DNA of 64,000 nucleotides from Acanthaster planci (Eukaryota). Location: assembly GCF_001949145.1 (NCBI RefSeq), contig NW_019091355.1, positions 3,764,646 to 3,828,645 on the forward strand, given 5' to 3'. A program made the translations under genes and the position numbers. Shown piece after piece: positions 27,543 to 40,599 of the stretch (the stretch's first letter is position 1; each line of letters begins with the position of its first letter). The notes under the pieces were generated by a model. The model was not told the DNA's origin. It saw only the letters and a list, made by a program, of their open reading frames with translations, and made no database searches.

Positions 27543-29133
27543 GTATACATGCATGGACATGCGCCAATTCTTGATTGTTTTATTATGCATACATGTACAT
27601 GTCAATGCACATCTGTATTATTTCTAAAGTTGGCTTGGTGGTACATGTACGTGTACGTTTGCCATGGATACTGCTGAATGTAAGACAACTGCTTTACGAA
27701 GCAATAGATAATGAAGAGGCATGTTTGTTAAACAAAAAAAAAGACAAAAAGGAAAATGGTCTAAAAAGAACGGAATTGCTGATAGTTGAGCCATTTTCAG
27801 TTGACAGTTTCGGTATCCTTTTCACGCACATGTACATGTAATGTAGGTCCACATTGCAGTTTAACAGCGGATGTTGTATCTACTGTGCGGCCACTTGCAA
27901 CAGTTTAGGACCAAACATACATATAATGCATTTACCATATCAAAGACCAAACTTAAATTGATTAATCGTGGCAACCTGTGTTTATTTTCAATGCACAATA
28001 CGAACATCTTGGTTGAACAAATATTTGACCAAATGTTTGACCTCATTTCATGATGACATTTTCACCGTCTTATATTTAGTGAGCCCTCCTCTGTTTCTGA
28101 TGGCTTAGACTGACTTTTTACCCATGCTGCACTGCAGACAAAATGTCATACAAGACCTGCCATTGCAAAAAATTCCATCAAAATGGGCTCATAGCATGAC
28201 TCTGATGTTATGGACGATTGTAAAGACACGTTATGTAATCACTCAATGAGACAATATACGTATGATGCAGGACCAGTAACGCAAATATTAAGGATTTTCC
28301 AGGTTGTCCTAAACTTTTGCAAATGATTACAGACAGATGTACATGTAGGAAAAAAAGAAACAACAATGATAGCCCTGGAACTGAAACAGGTATGCAGTAA
28401 ACTGTAGAGTGCTTCGTTGTCTTATGGGTTTGTATATCTAAGGAAAATGAAAATGGTGTCTTTCCAAGAACAAGCATATATGTACCGGTGCATGTAACCA
28501 CAACTGAAAACAAGAAAAGAAAAAAGAGAATGGAAAAAGAAAACCGAAATCATCTTACATGTCAATGAGTACACAAAGAAGCATGCTGGGATTAGAGCAC
28601 ATTATGCAAATTCCGTCTGTAAACACATAGCCGTCCACTACATGCAAGTATGGACCTCTGTTTCTGTGAGAATTCAACAGACTTCACAAAAGCCCATCTC
28701 TTCTTGGTTTTACATGCAAGCAACAATTTCCGTGACAGACTCATTATTCGCAGCCGAGTCCTTTGGCGGTTCGCATCTTCTTACATGCCTTGCATATATT
28801 GTCCTTCAGGACAAGAGGCAATCCTTTTTTTTTTTTGGCTCCTTCAAAAAGGACAAATGCATCAGAAAATGTCTCCATGGGAATATATCAAGGTGCATGG
28901 CCGAGCGACGGGGAAGAACTTTCAGATATTTGCGATGGATGCCTTTGTAAAAAAAAAAACCCTCTTCCACGGGCCGTATCAATTTGCTTCCACACAGTTC
29001 ACTGCAATTCAGGTCAGGCAGAATTGTCAAATTCACACGAGAAGAACAGGGTTGTGGAAATTTATACCTTCACTGAGCGATTTGCTCTTGGGTAATATCT
29101 CTTCCCGTACGAACGAATTTCTCTTCCCTGGGA

Positions 29134-29185
29134 AACGAACACATTTCCCAGGTGGGTATGCCCCCATCAGGGAAATGTGTTCGTT
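29134..29185. repeat. Hairpin with perfect 16-bp arms
   Basis: AACGAACACATTTCCC ... GGGAAATGTGTTCGTT. Confidence 0.8.
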
Positions 29186-32100
29186 CAACAAAGTGAAAGG
29201 GATAACCAATCGTCCAAAATTCCCTATTTTCAACGGCAGGTCCATTGAGACTACTTGGCTTCGATGACAAGGTGTCCGCTATAAAGTTCATTTCTACCAT
29301 CCACTGTACTCCGTGTTCACTGAGCTGGCTTAAACTTTTGAGTTCCTCTTATCAGAGCTTTTGATACAAGGGTTGAGAGTGTATAAAATATACTTCAGCA
29401 GTTATTTTGGATATGTTAGAAAGCAGAAGAGCTGCGTCTCAGCCACAGCTTGAAAATGAAACGTCTAAAGAAGATTTCATAACAATCCTCAAGATTACGT
29501 TTTCCCCCTGAACTGTACACAAACGAGCACCGAGCGGGATTTTTGTTTCAGTAAAGCTGGACAGCCACAAAATTGCACTTTTTTTTTCTCCTAGTAAAAC
29601 CTGTCATAAACCACGGGTGAAACACTTCCCATTATTGCAGTACATTTCATGGATAGCTACCGGTAGTCTTGCTCTGCTCCTATGCAGTGCAGCCAACTGC
29701 CACCACACCGTACTCGTACCTACATGTACATTGTAATTTCAATGTACATGTAGACTCAAAATACCTTTTGGGAAGGGACATACATTTTGATCTGTAATTG
29801 CTTGACCCAAAAAATTAAACTTCCCTTTCCGATAGGCTATGGCAATGATACGCCAAATATGGATTGACTATGTGTCAACTGTATCAAATATGTGCATGTC
29901 CCAGTAACTCAATACTCATCACAGCTCTGTGGGCATCCCTGAACACCACAAACGTGTAGAGTACACTCAATTTTGGACGGCGCGATAAATTGGGCCACGT
30001 ACACATGTACCGCCTGGCACAGGCAAGAAGTTCCCATCAGGTTTTGTTTCCTCCAACGCTTTTCCTTTTCACCAAGTTGTATACAATGAAACCAAAGGAT
30101 TAAAACCAAGGCACTGTCTACTCTATAAACAAAACTTGCTTTTTCCCATTAGGAAATACATGCAGCTGTGCCGGTCTTTGAGCAGGCCAGGTACATGCAC
30201 AGTACTTGCTTAAATTCGGTATTGTTACCACAATAAATGCACACCGAGTTACATTCACACAAGTCAATGAATGCATCATGTGCTGTACATGTACTGTACC
30301 ACACCTTAAAACATTGTACATTTATGTCTGAAATAAGTGAAACCAATGAGCCAGTTCTGTATTTAAAAAATATTTAAAAAAAATAAAATAAAAAAACAAG
30401 ATCATTCGGGAGCAAAGCATGCTGCGAGTCCGCGCTGATAGGGCAGACGTTGCACCATGTCAGAATGACCTCAGACGGGCTTCATGCGGGGAATGCGCCG
30501 ATGGAATACCAAACTAACTCATTTTAAGAATTTTGTAATATGACAATGCAGCTAAAACTGACATGGGCACATCCACTTCAGACTTTATTCACTTTTAAAT
30601 AAAAAACAAAAATCTACCACAGCATGCAAAGTCACAGAGGTGAAGTCGTTGGCAGTACATGTAAGTCTGGAAAATTCTGCAACGCTTTGTGAACAGGTTG
30701 AATTACAAAAATCTCAACCGTTCAACCTTGGCAGAGCCTGTTTCCGTCACAGCCTCAATTGCATATTTAAGGACTGCGCATTTGGTTACCACATCTGCTC
30801 TGATTCTCCAGGTGAAAATTCACCAATTGTGATGTGTACTTAAGCAACTGGAACGTGGGACCAGCTAATAGGTAAATATCGGTGAAACAGCACATTACAG
30901 TGAGTAGCAGAGTCATGTACACATACGTATGCACACGTAAGCAGCAGTGGTCACTGCCGCAGCAACCTACATGGATGTCAAGACATGTCAAGACCATCAC
31001 ACACCACGGCGGGGTTCATGATTGGCATGAAAGCAATAGGGGACCTGTGACATCACGCCGCCTGTTTGCGCAGCCAATTTGCTGAAGTTGAGTACATTTT
31101 CAACTCGGGGATGGAGGCAGGAGGGAGAGGAAATCCGTAGCAAAATTGTGTGCCGATGAATTCGCCTTCATTTCTGCGCGAGGTTCAGATGCACACGTAC
31201 AACGTACATGTATGTGCAAGCATCAACAGGAGCAGAACATACAGGTGGTTGATGTTTGGCAGTATCTTGCTGTAAAAACGGATTAGCCTGCCTGCATACA
31301 TATGCAATGTACAGTGCACCTGTACCCCCGGTGCATGTGACACTACTATGATTAAACTTGTACGTAATGCACTGTACACACGTAAAATGGTGGACCCCAA
31401 CATTTTTTAAGTCAATGATACCGTTGGCAAATTCTATCTTGACTTATAAAATTTGGAATGTGGTTACAAGTGCAATCCTTACTGCTACATGTATTTCCTC
31501 TACGCATAAGTACAAATGTACATCTGAGTAATTCTAGATTTCTCGCGAGTTTGTTCTGCCACTCAAGATTGAAGTCTTTTCCGTACTTCCAACAGCATGT
31601 AGTCAAAATGAAGTGTGTCCGACGCTTTTTGGAAGCACGTGCCAGGTCAGCCAATCAGCGCGTTTCTGTGGCAACTCGCGATTGTGCTTTGCCCCTGAAT
31701 GACCTTGCTTTTCTGCAATACCGATGTGGCTCATTGGTTCTTATTTCATCATGCATTTTTCAAATTTTTTCATATTCTACACGATCGTACGTGATCAAAA
31801 ATGAGAACGCCCTCTTTAAGAACCTCCTGTGATAAAATGGCATTCTACTATCCAAGCACATGTGTTCAGAATGTCACACATGTAGCGATATTTAGTACAG
31901 ATGGGATGTGGATTTCTAGAAATGAAAGTGAAGGACAGGGCGGGGACCAAAAAAGGGAACCTGGTTTTCAGGAAATCGACAAAGGGAGGAGGAAGTCATG
32001 ATAAAGATGGTTACATCCTGAATCCTTTCCATAGTCCTAACATGTATAATAGTCACTGACTGCTTGCGTGCCCTGGGTGTCCCTGTGTTTACACTTGGTG

Positions 32101-33305
32101 TTCTACACAGAGTGGTTTTTTTTTCCCTTTGACGCCCACGCAGAGACGGTTTCGGGACAAATGAAAAAACCTCGTCTCTCTCTCTCTCGGTCCCTTTTTC
32201 CCTGGTTGCAGTTGTAATGATTTAACCAGGGGTTGGGAAATGCTGAACTGTTGAGGTACAAGGGCAGTGGTGTGTAATGGGGACGGGGGGAGGAAGGGAA
32301 GAACTTGTTTCCAATTTGGAAATTTAAATTGTTATTTTTTAAGGAATTGAAAGCCCCAACACTTTAGAAATGGTATCACTACATTCCGGCTTTGGGGGGT
32401 GTGATGATTTCTTTAAATGGATGAAAAAAAAAAATTTGGGAAAAAAAATCCCCATACTATCTCCTCTGGAACCAAAATGTGGATGCGCCACTGACAGAGG
32501 GTGTGTGGATGACATCGCATAAGGCACTGTGGTGGCCATGTTGGTGGGCTGAGACCCTCGGGAATTTCTCTGGCCTACCGCAGAGCAGGTTTGCATTAAA
32601 TCCGATGAACAAGTGTGACAAGAACTGACACCAAACACGAGATCCCGACGCATAAACTTGGATTCTCAGCAGTGCACCAGGACGTGCCAAACGGGCCCCT
32701 CTGCCCGGTACGGTGGACAACGAAGCTGCGCTTCAAAGCTTCAGCTACCTAACTGGATTCTTGCGGAATACCCGTAGCTCAGCAACTGACCTACTGTTGC
32801 AACGACACAAAAGTCTCTCTGTTTCACCAAAGCAGCCTCTTTTTTCTTCCTCCCCAATATACAAAAAATTATTCTGTGGGAGAGCGAACGCCGTTCACTA
32901 GTAGGCTTCTCTAACAATCCAAAGGTCAGAAAGCTTTAGTGCAATGGGTTATGAGCACTCAATGCGTACATGTAAATCACCACAGACACTCTGCCTTCAA
33001 CTCAACAGGCTTTCTCCTATAATGCTTGATCCTCAATTGGATATACAATTCTCGAGACATGAAAATGTCATCTGGTCCCTGCCATTCTGTAAAAACCATG
33101 GTGTCTGTTTTGCCTAAGGTAGGGCAAGCATGCCTTGTCCTGTGCCTATACAAGTGTGAAATTCCAGAAAAATTCTCTCTTCACAAGTCTAAAAAATACA
33201 AAATTACTTTCAGGAGCCAGTGTATGCATTCAACATACACAAGTTTCTACATTTGTAGGTAAGTAGTTCAACATGACAGACACGGTGCTGTGCGTTTGAT
33301 GCACA

Positions 33306-33529
33306 TTAACTCTAATTCCCCAGAGTGATTTCTTAGGAACCATACCCATTCACACAAATTCCAACACCATATGGTAAACTGTGCACAAAAACTGTTGGAA
33401 TCTGTCTATTTTGGGTCCGCCTGAACCCATGTTTAAGCACGAGCAGTTTAGGGGTACAGTACCCAGTGCCACAAATTCACACGCTTTACTGGTGTTCAAT
33501 TCTGTGTGGTTAGGGAAGGTTAGGGTTAA
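33306..33529. mobile_element. Degenerate TTAA-flanked MITE
   Basis: TTAA-CTCTAATTCCC ... GGGAAGGTTAGGG-TTAA. Confidence 0.5.
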
Positions 33530-34538
33530 CGAAGGCTGACAAGCACACAACATCCACTTCTGAATGGATGCATTCGGACGCCTTGATGGGCCGATTTCGT
33601 GCACAGGATAATCCCCCGATGACAAATTCAGTCCAGCCTATAATCATATCTGGACCGCATCTCACGAGATTTGATCATTTAACAGATGCTTTTGTGGAAA
33701 AACAACAGCATCAACTCACAGTGGAGAACATTCCACTTCTCTGGCAGATCTCCACAAGACAAGAGAAGCCACAGGCAGGCGTGGAAAATGGTTTAGGACA
33801 TAATTAAGCCTGACCCCCGAGAGAGCATTTTTTTTCTCTGAAATGCGGGGGCACACACATTACAATTAAAATTTACAAAAATGGTTTCGAAGTTCCCTTC
33901 TGAATTGAACAGCGAAATGATGTATGGTGCACTGTACATAGAATTTTGAGGCCCGACAGACCGGCACTTCACTTACTGCACACGCAGTTATTTTTATGAA
34001 GCCTATTTTTGGAAGTGCAAACTAGCTCAACAATTTGACGGAAATGCGAGCGACACACTTTCACTTTCGAGAACTTCTTTAGAGTTTCACTTTGTTTAAA
34101 TCCATTAGGCATTCCTTCAAAAACATAACAAATATGGTACTCACACTACCCGGTACATATATGTACAGTTTTCATCATACATGTACACGAATTTCAGCAA
34201 AATTACTGTTATCTCTGAGCTGGTGTCCATTGCAGATCTGTATTACTTATATACCGTACACAAGCGAACATACATGTACATGAACATGTTTCATGCCAAC
34301 CGACTATGTACAAACACACCATGAGTATATGTACATTCACTTTGCACTTTTTTTGTGTAAAATAGTTAGTACATGCAGATGTGCATCATTGACAATATGA
34401 TTCAACAGTTCCAGTTCTTTAGAAGTGCACAAACTGATGACACATTTACATATGAAAGCACTGGAGAATGAGCCTTTTGTGATTTCAATTTGAATAAAAT
34501 CTGGTACACTGAGTTATCTGATTGTACATAAACATAAC

Positions 34539-34760
34539 AATTTGAATTCCGCAGACTAAAGACATTGTCGCCATACCTCGTGACTCGAGGCAAGCTTTCG
34601 CATAGCGATCACCATCTCTGGAATGGACTGGTTCCTTTGTGCCCTTCTTATCCATTGAAAACAGAGTATTGGTGCAAGGTGTCTCTTGTGTAACTAAGCA
34701 AAAGCTTGCCCCGAATCATGAGGTATAGCAACAGTGTCTTTAGTATGGAGAATTCGAATT
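34539..34760. mobile_element. Fold-back element with about 70-bp arms
   Basis: GAATTCCGCAGACTAAAGACATTGTCGCCATACCTCGTGACTCGAGGCAAGCTTT pairs with AAAGCTTGCCCCGAATCATGAGGTATAGCAACAGTGTCTTTAGTATGGAGAATTC. Confidence 0.8.
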
Positions 34761-36226
34761 CACGTGAACTTTAAGAAATCATTGTACCAGATTATATACA
34801 AATCTAACTCGCAAAAGGTTTATTTACATGTATGATCACTACTGAAAGTTTGCCCTACACCAGTACAGACAAAAACACAGTGGAAGTCAATGACATTTAC
34901 TATTGATGGTTCCCATCAGCCTGTTTCTTGTTTGTTGAGGTATATGTTCCTTCTTTCAAATACTGTATACATGTACATCTCTCCTGCATTCTTGTAAACA
35001 ATTTTTTTTTAGGCGAAATTTGCCCCGACAAAAAGTATTGATTTTAAAAAATGTCACTGAGTGCACCCATCTAGCAGTATGCATGCAAAACATTGACGTA
35101 GGCGGCAGTGGCCTCTGCAAAGTGTTGGCCGAGTTTTTTAAACATTTAAAGGGTGGCGGAAAGTTATTCTAGATGTTAATCAAACAAAACTTACATTCCC
35201 ATCCGCAGAACAAATGCACCGCGTTTGAAGAGTACACTTAAGGCATTATTTGCTAATTTACATGGTAGAAAAAAGGGAAGAGTCCCATGACACCCTGTGC
35301 ACAAAACCTAGGACACTAGTCTAAAAAGCTACATGTATGCACTTCCTCAGTACATGATTCAATATTTTCCCTGCTCAATTTGACCTTTTAGGACATGTGT
35401 ATAATCACCATCTGATGGCCAGTAAACCACTGCAAGGGAAAAAACGGGTGATGTCTGCATATGGAACCCTTACCCCCCCCCAAAAAAAACCCACCTGAAC
35501 AATGCCCTCTAACAACGGTTAAGACTGCCTCAACCAAAGGTTCCAAGCAAGTATCTGGCACCAACTCCCCATTTCTGTTCAACCGGTCTTCTTATGCATC
35601 CCAAATTGAAGTGCACCCTTAATGACAACTAAGAAACAGGCTGGTCGTAAGCTGTTTGAACTGGGCCTCGTGCGTGTGCGCGGTGCGCATGCAAAGACAC
35701 AAATTCACCTGAACTACGGAATCGATGCTTTGTCTTAAATGCAAGACTGGCATGTTTGACACCTGAGGCCATGCTGTGCAGAAGTTCACAGACTCAAAAT
35801 GACTAGAAACCGGTGGCTGCAATAAGTCACGCAAGCATCAGACCTCATGTCATTTGAAATGACTTAAGGTTGCAGTTTTCAAACAGTTGATAACAGGATA
35901 ACAGTGTTCTGTGGACTGGGAGGTAATGGGCTGAATCCCTTGTGAGTTTCTTGAGGAGTGAGTTTCTTTCCTCTCTCGCGAAACTGTTGTCATTTTGGGG
36001 CACTGTACTTGAGTACAGTGGAACACTATAAATAACAAGGATCTTGGGATGGTGTCGTATTAGCAGTGCTCTTCCTATTAATGTTCAACTTTTTCGAATA
36101 TTACTGCTTTCTGAATAACACATAAATTCCACTTTTTTAAATGATTCATGATTTAGCATGAAGTTTGCAAGGGTCGTACCGGTAGAGTCCGATAACCAGT
36201 TCCAGAAAGAATTCCACAGACAGAGG

Positions 36227-36370
36227 TTAAGTGCAATCTTGAACTTGCACAAATTTAGTGTACCCCCTTATGGGTTGATTATCCCACGAATGGGTGTTAT
36301 TCAAAGGCAAATCAACTCAGGACGGGGTACCGCTACAATTAATTTGTGCAACGTTCAAGATAGGGCTTAA
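36227..36370. mobile_element. TTAA-flanked fold-back MITE
   Basis: TTAAGTGCAATCTTGAACTTGCACAAATT ... AATTTGTGCAACGTTCAAGATAGGGCTTAA. Confidence 0.75.
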
Positions 36371-37220
36371 CATAGACACCACTTTTCCCAGTGGTAACCC
36401 ATCAGCCATCTGAAAGCAATAACACGTCTTCAAAAAAGTCAAAATTTTTCAAGGTCTGTGCACGGGTTGCCAAGCGGTGTCGGTGTATGGAATTCATTTC
36501 CTGGTTCCCAACTGTTAACTCAAGTGTGTTCTTGATGCCAATCCTGTAGAGCAGCAAAATCGGGGAACCCGTGACCGATTTCTAGCCTCAACTAAAGAAT
36601 GAGTGAACTGCTTAAGAACATGGAGCTCAAATTATGCAGGCACGTCTTCTAGCATAGAGGGCCTGCGTGGAGTGCCCTCCCAGAGGACGTTTGTTAGTTG
36701 GATTTAATGACAATGAATGAACAAATGGTTTACTCGAACCTATCCTAGAGGAAGAAAGAAATGCCCTCTAATGTGACGTCATACACAGGGGGTCTATATT
36801 ACAAACTCTAGCACTCCTCAGTTTTTGAACTGTTTGAGGATCACGGACTGTCAGGGTCAATATGCATGACATGCAGTCTATACAACCCAATAAAGAATTC
36901 ATCAAGCACAGCACAGTCCGTTTATCTGTCACTCCTTCTGCATTCAGCCGATTACCCATTTTTCCCCGCCCCCAGATTCAGCTTTGTAAAACACTGATTC
37001 AAAATGGAACAATAAAGTCCAAGATTTGCAACAGAATCAACAAAGCAGCATGATACTCTGACTGTACAAATCGACTGACTGCACTCAACCTGTGACAAGA
37101 TCCAAACGATGTATTTTGGAACTGTACTGAGTGGGACAATAATGACCTCACTTTAGCTCCTGTTTTCATTCATTTTCAATTTTCAATGTTCACTCAGTAC
37201 TCATTCACTGCAAAGGATAC

Positions 37221-37299
37221 AAGTTAAATCCAGGTCAAAGTTGTCATCGATGTACCGAGTTTTGTTCTTGCTCACCAGTTCACGCAGTTTGGCCGCCAT
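37221..37299 (-). CDS. PTEN: PTEN-A coding exon 1 (MAAKLRELVSKNKTRYIDDNFDLDLT)
   Basis: 79 nt from ATG to the U12 donor, the same length as human exon 1 CDS; VS-NK-RY and FDLDLT motifs. Confidence 0.95.
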
Positions 37300-38998
37300 G
37301 ATTCCGTTGAATATGTGCAGCTTCACGTTAAAACATTTATCACTGAAACAATAAAGTTGCCAACTGCTGGATCATGGCAATAAGAAAGTCCTCACATCAT
37401 CAGCAAAACTGCAGTCACGTTTCTGAAGGGACCAAGAACATGTAGAAAGTGGGCCCAATACTGTGACTAACCCTTTACTGTTCTTCCGGTGGACACTGAT
37501 CCCCGTCGTGATGACAAACCCACCATGCTGGTCAACCGGTTTGAGACATGCCAATCAAATATGACAGTCAATTTACAGTTATACTGTCATGGTCAAAGGC
37601 ATGATTAGGCCCTATAACATGAAACATCACAAATCCACAGTCAGTTTCAGTTTCAACACTGCCACATGACCAGTGATTTTAAGATACAACCAAGTAATTA
37701 CGACTGTTGTCCTTTTCCTTCTCGACAAACTGGATGAGTTGGGGACACTTGTTCTGTAGCAAAGTTCTTCCTCACTAAAAGCAGACGCTCGGATTACCAA
37801 TGCATTCCAAGCACACACGTTTTAGCGCATGTAATGCAGCTAAGCGGGGTGCAGCATCAACTTCAACACTGCATGTTCCCAGGCCAGTTTTGTACTGACC
37901 CGTGGAACATCGAAATTACTACTGAATCTCACTTGCCGAAAAATTACACCAGAACTGGGTCCTTCTTAGGCCTGTGAAACACCAACAGCTATGCGAAGCC
38001 GGAAGAACACGACTTTGCTGTAATTCCTTCTTAATAAAAAGCGGTATTTTCCGGGATGTTCGCTGCTCACTCGAACACACTGTAGTACAGCAAGGAAGTA
38101 GTCAAGCTCGCCCTGATTTGACCCTTCACCCTTTATTATCGCTCCGCTTGTAAAAAGTCTTGCGAGACTCTAAAACCTGACGTTTTATAGACGGTAAATC
38201 GGAGTTGGACACATTAAAACAAGCCAGAGAAACTTAAATGCCTTTCAAAATCTTTCTTCTTTAATTCTAACTATTCTTTGTCATGTTAGGTTGATTTTTT
38301 CCATCTTTGTACTTTGACTTATGAATTTGATCAGGAAACACCTCCACGTTGTTCTAGATTTCAGCTTCAAACAAGACTAGCAAAGAAATCTTAATGGAAC
38401 AATTTTTGCAACTTCAGAATGACCAAATTATGATCATGTACTTGATTACAATAATTTGTGTTAATTCTTAGTCACCTGGACTCTGGAAATGATAACAGGC
38501 CCTCACAAATTGTTGTACAGCGTTTATGGGAATTAGTTTACTTTCGGCGGAAGGTATACGGAGCGCCAGACATGACAACGGTATGTGACAGAGAAATTAT
38601 CTGTAGCAACCGATGGGTAATTTTTGGGTTTGTAGCTCTATGATCATACTAACGTACTGGGGGTGAAAATTCCGACCAATATACATATTTAGGCATAGCC
38701 TTGCCAGAATGTTTTCTACAAGGGGAAATCAAAGCGCAAAACAGTTTTGAGAATCTCCAATTTTATGCATGCAAAAGTCATGACTTCCAAATTTCAATAT
38801 TTTATTTTTCTGCTTTTAAAAGAAATCCTTTGCCCTTTAGTGTTCTGTTATTCTTTTTTCCTCCAATATTTTAGTCTGGAATTAAATGTGTCGGTCGCCT
38901 ACCACTACTTTGTTACCGAATATTTCAAAGTTGTAATTTTGTCATGTATGGCGTTTCACTCATAATTATGACAGGTTTGGAGCACCATTCAATGTTAT

Positions 38999-39110
38999 GG
39001 TCACGTGACCAATCTTTTCCGGTGGATGAAACCGCAAAACGCGGTGCACGGAAGTGAACGCGTCTGGTAGGCCTTCCCGTCCTGATCCTCACGTGTCAGC
39101 CAACCAATAT
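38999..39110. promoter_or_regulatory. Motif cluster upstream of PTEN-A (GGTCACGTGACC E-box/CLEAR-like, CCAAT x2, ETS-like CGGAAGTG, second CACGTG)
   Basis: Motifs visible at 38999-39010, 39009, 39049-39056 and 39090, at the edge of the CpG-rich zone. Function unproven. Confidence 0.3.
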
Positions 39111-39558
39111 GACAATCCAGAGGCGACACATCCGGCTCCCCTTTTCTCATGTGCCATTTTTTTCATGCTTTTGATGTGCCATTATGATGGTTTCCCCCCG
39201 GCGTTTAAAGACAGAAATGGCTGACTGCCTGTGGAAAAAAATATGCCCACTGTGATGGGATTTACACGTTTTCGTGAATGCTGTTGGCGATCAGCTAGGT
39301 TGTCACATGCCCTTTAAAAAACATAGCTTGTGTAAAGACACTCTTTATCAGTACAAATGTGAGGTTAGAATTAAATCTGACCAACCGTTTTCAAGTTGTT
39401 GTTACTTTCATTTAAAGTTCAAGTCCACACGTGCGCGCCCGGCCCAGCCTGCGTGCATTGTGAGAACAGGTAGTGGAAAAAATATACCTTTTTTTGTTGA
39501 CTTTCTTGAAAAATGGGCGCTGCGCAAGAATGAAATATTCCATTTTCACAACATTGGT

Positions 39559-39619
39559 GTCAATACCAAAGATTGCATAGCGCCGCGCTGTGCGGCGCTA
39601 TACAATCTTTGGTCAATAC
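39559..39619. mobile_element. 45-bp hAT-like micro-MITE with perfect 8-bp TSD
   Basis: GTCAATAC-[CAAAGATTGCATAGCGCCGC GCTGT GCGGCGCTATACAATCTTTG]-GTCAATAC. Confidence 0.85.
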
Positions 39620-40599
39620 GACTGCAAAGATTTATTCTGAAAACCCCTAAAGACTCGGCTCGTGAAAAAAAATGCGCTGCGGAGACACCAGAAAGTCGAA
39701 TGGCGGAGGGGCTGGAATCCGTGCCGGCTAGATGGAAAAGCGAGAAAACATAATGCCTCTTCTCAAAGCTTTGGCGAGAGAGCTTTAGAAAAGGAATTTG
39801 TTATTAAATAGCTTGCTCTTGTTGAGCTTTCACTGTCGCGCGCTGACGAGGAAAACAATCTCTTCCAGGAATATACGAGTGACCGAAATTTACCCCAATG
39901 GTTTACCCAACAAGTTTACCGAAGCGAAGCGATGGTCGTACCGAACACGGAGAACCTGAAAAATTTAAATAGTTTATTCAATGAAAAATTTTAAACAGTC
40001 GGGTGAAAAACCTCTCAGATTGGGGTGTTATACGAAAAGTTGTTGAAATAATTACACCTTTGCTTGTCCTTAACTGGACACACATAATAAAACCCCTATG
40101 TGGATTATGCTTTTCAGGGGTTCTTCCAAACGTTATACGCAAGCATTAAAAAAGTTGCTGGAGGGGGGGGGGAGACACCCACCCCACCCCAGACCCCCTC
40201 CTGGAAACCTCTTTACAAATCAATTGACATCGCCAAGTAAAAGAGGATTCAAAGGAAGGTTTTCCTTCCTCGCACAACCTTCTCACAACCTCATAGACTG
40301 CAACGCTCGAAAGTTTGCCGACCTCACAGTGCTAGATTCAAAGCCTAGCCTACTCATTACATCGGCTCGTTGTCCCCTAATGAGAGTGATACCTACATCC
40401 AGTGGATAATGGGAACATTAGGTATTAATATCGGGCCCGACTGTGTGCAAATTACTTGTCTACGGTTGGAAGTGTTTTCAATGATCAACTGTCTATGGCA
40501 AACGCATAAAGCAAGGTAGCTGGCGGTCCGATTCTCGCATACTGGCGCGCTGCTTTCTTGAAGTGTTATTCCAGCTGCATGTAGGCATGCGCTTCGGAC

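Larger units (their letters stand above)
23197..37220 (-). other. PTEN-A intron 1, U12-type (minor spliceosome) GT-AG intron, 14,024 nt
   Basis: 5' site GTATCCTTTG (37220-37211). Branch site TTCCCTTGAC (23220-23211) about 15 nt from the CAG, with no polypyrimidine tract. Confidence 0.93.
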
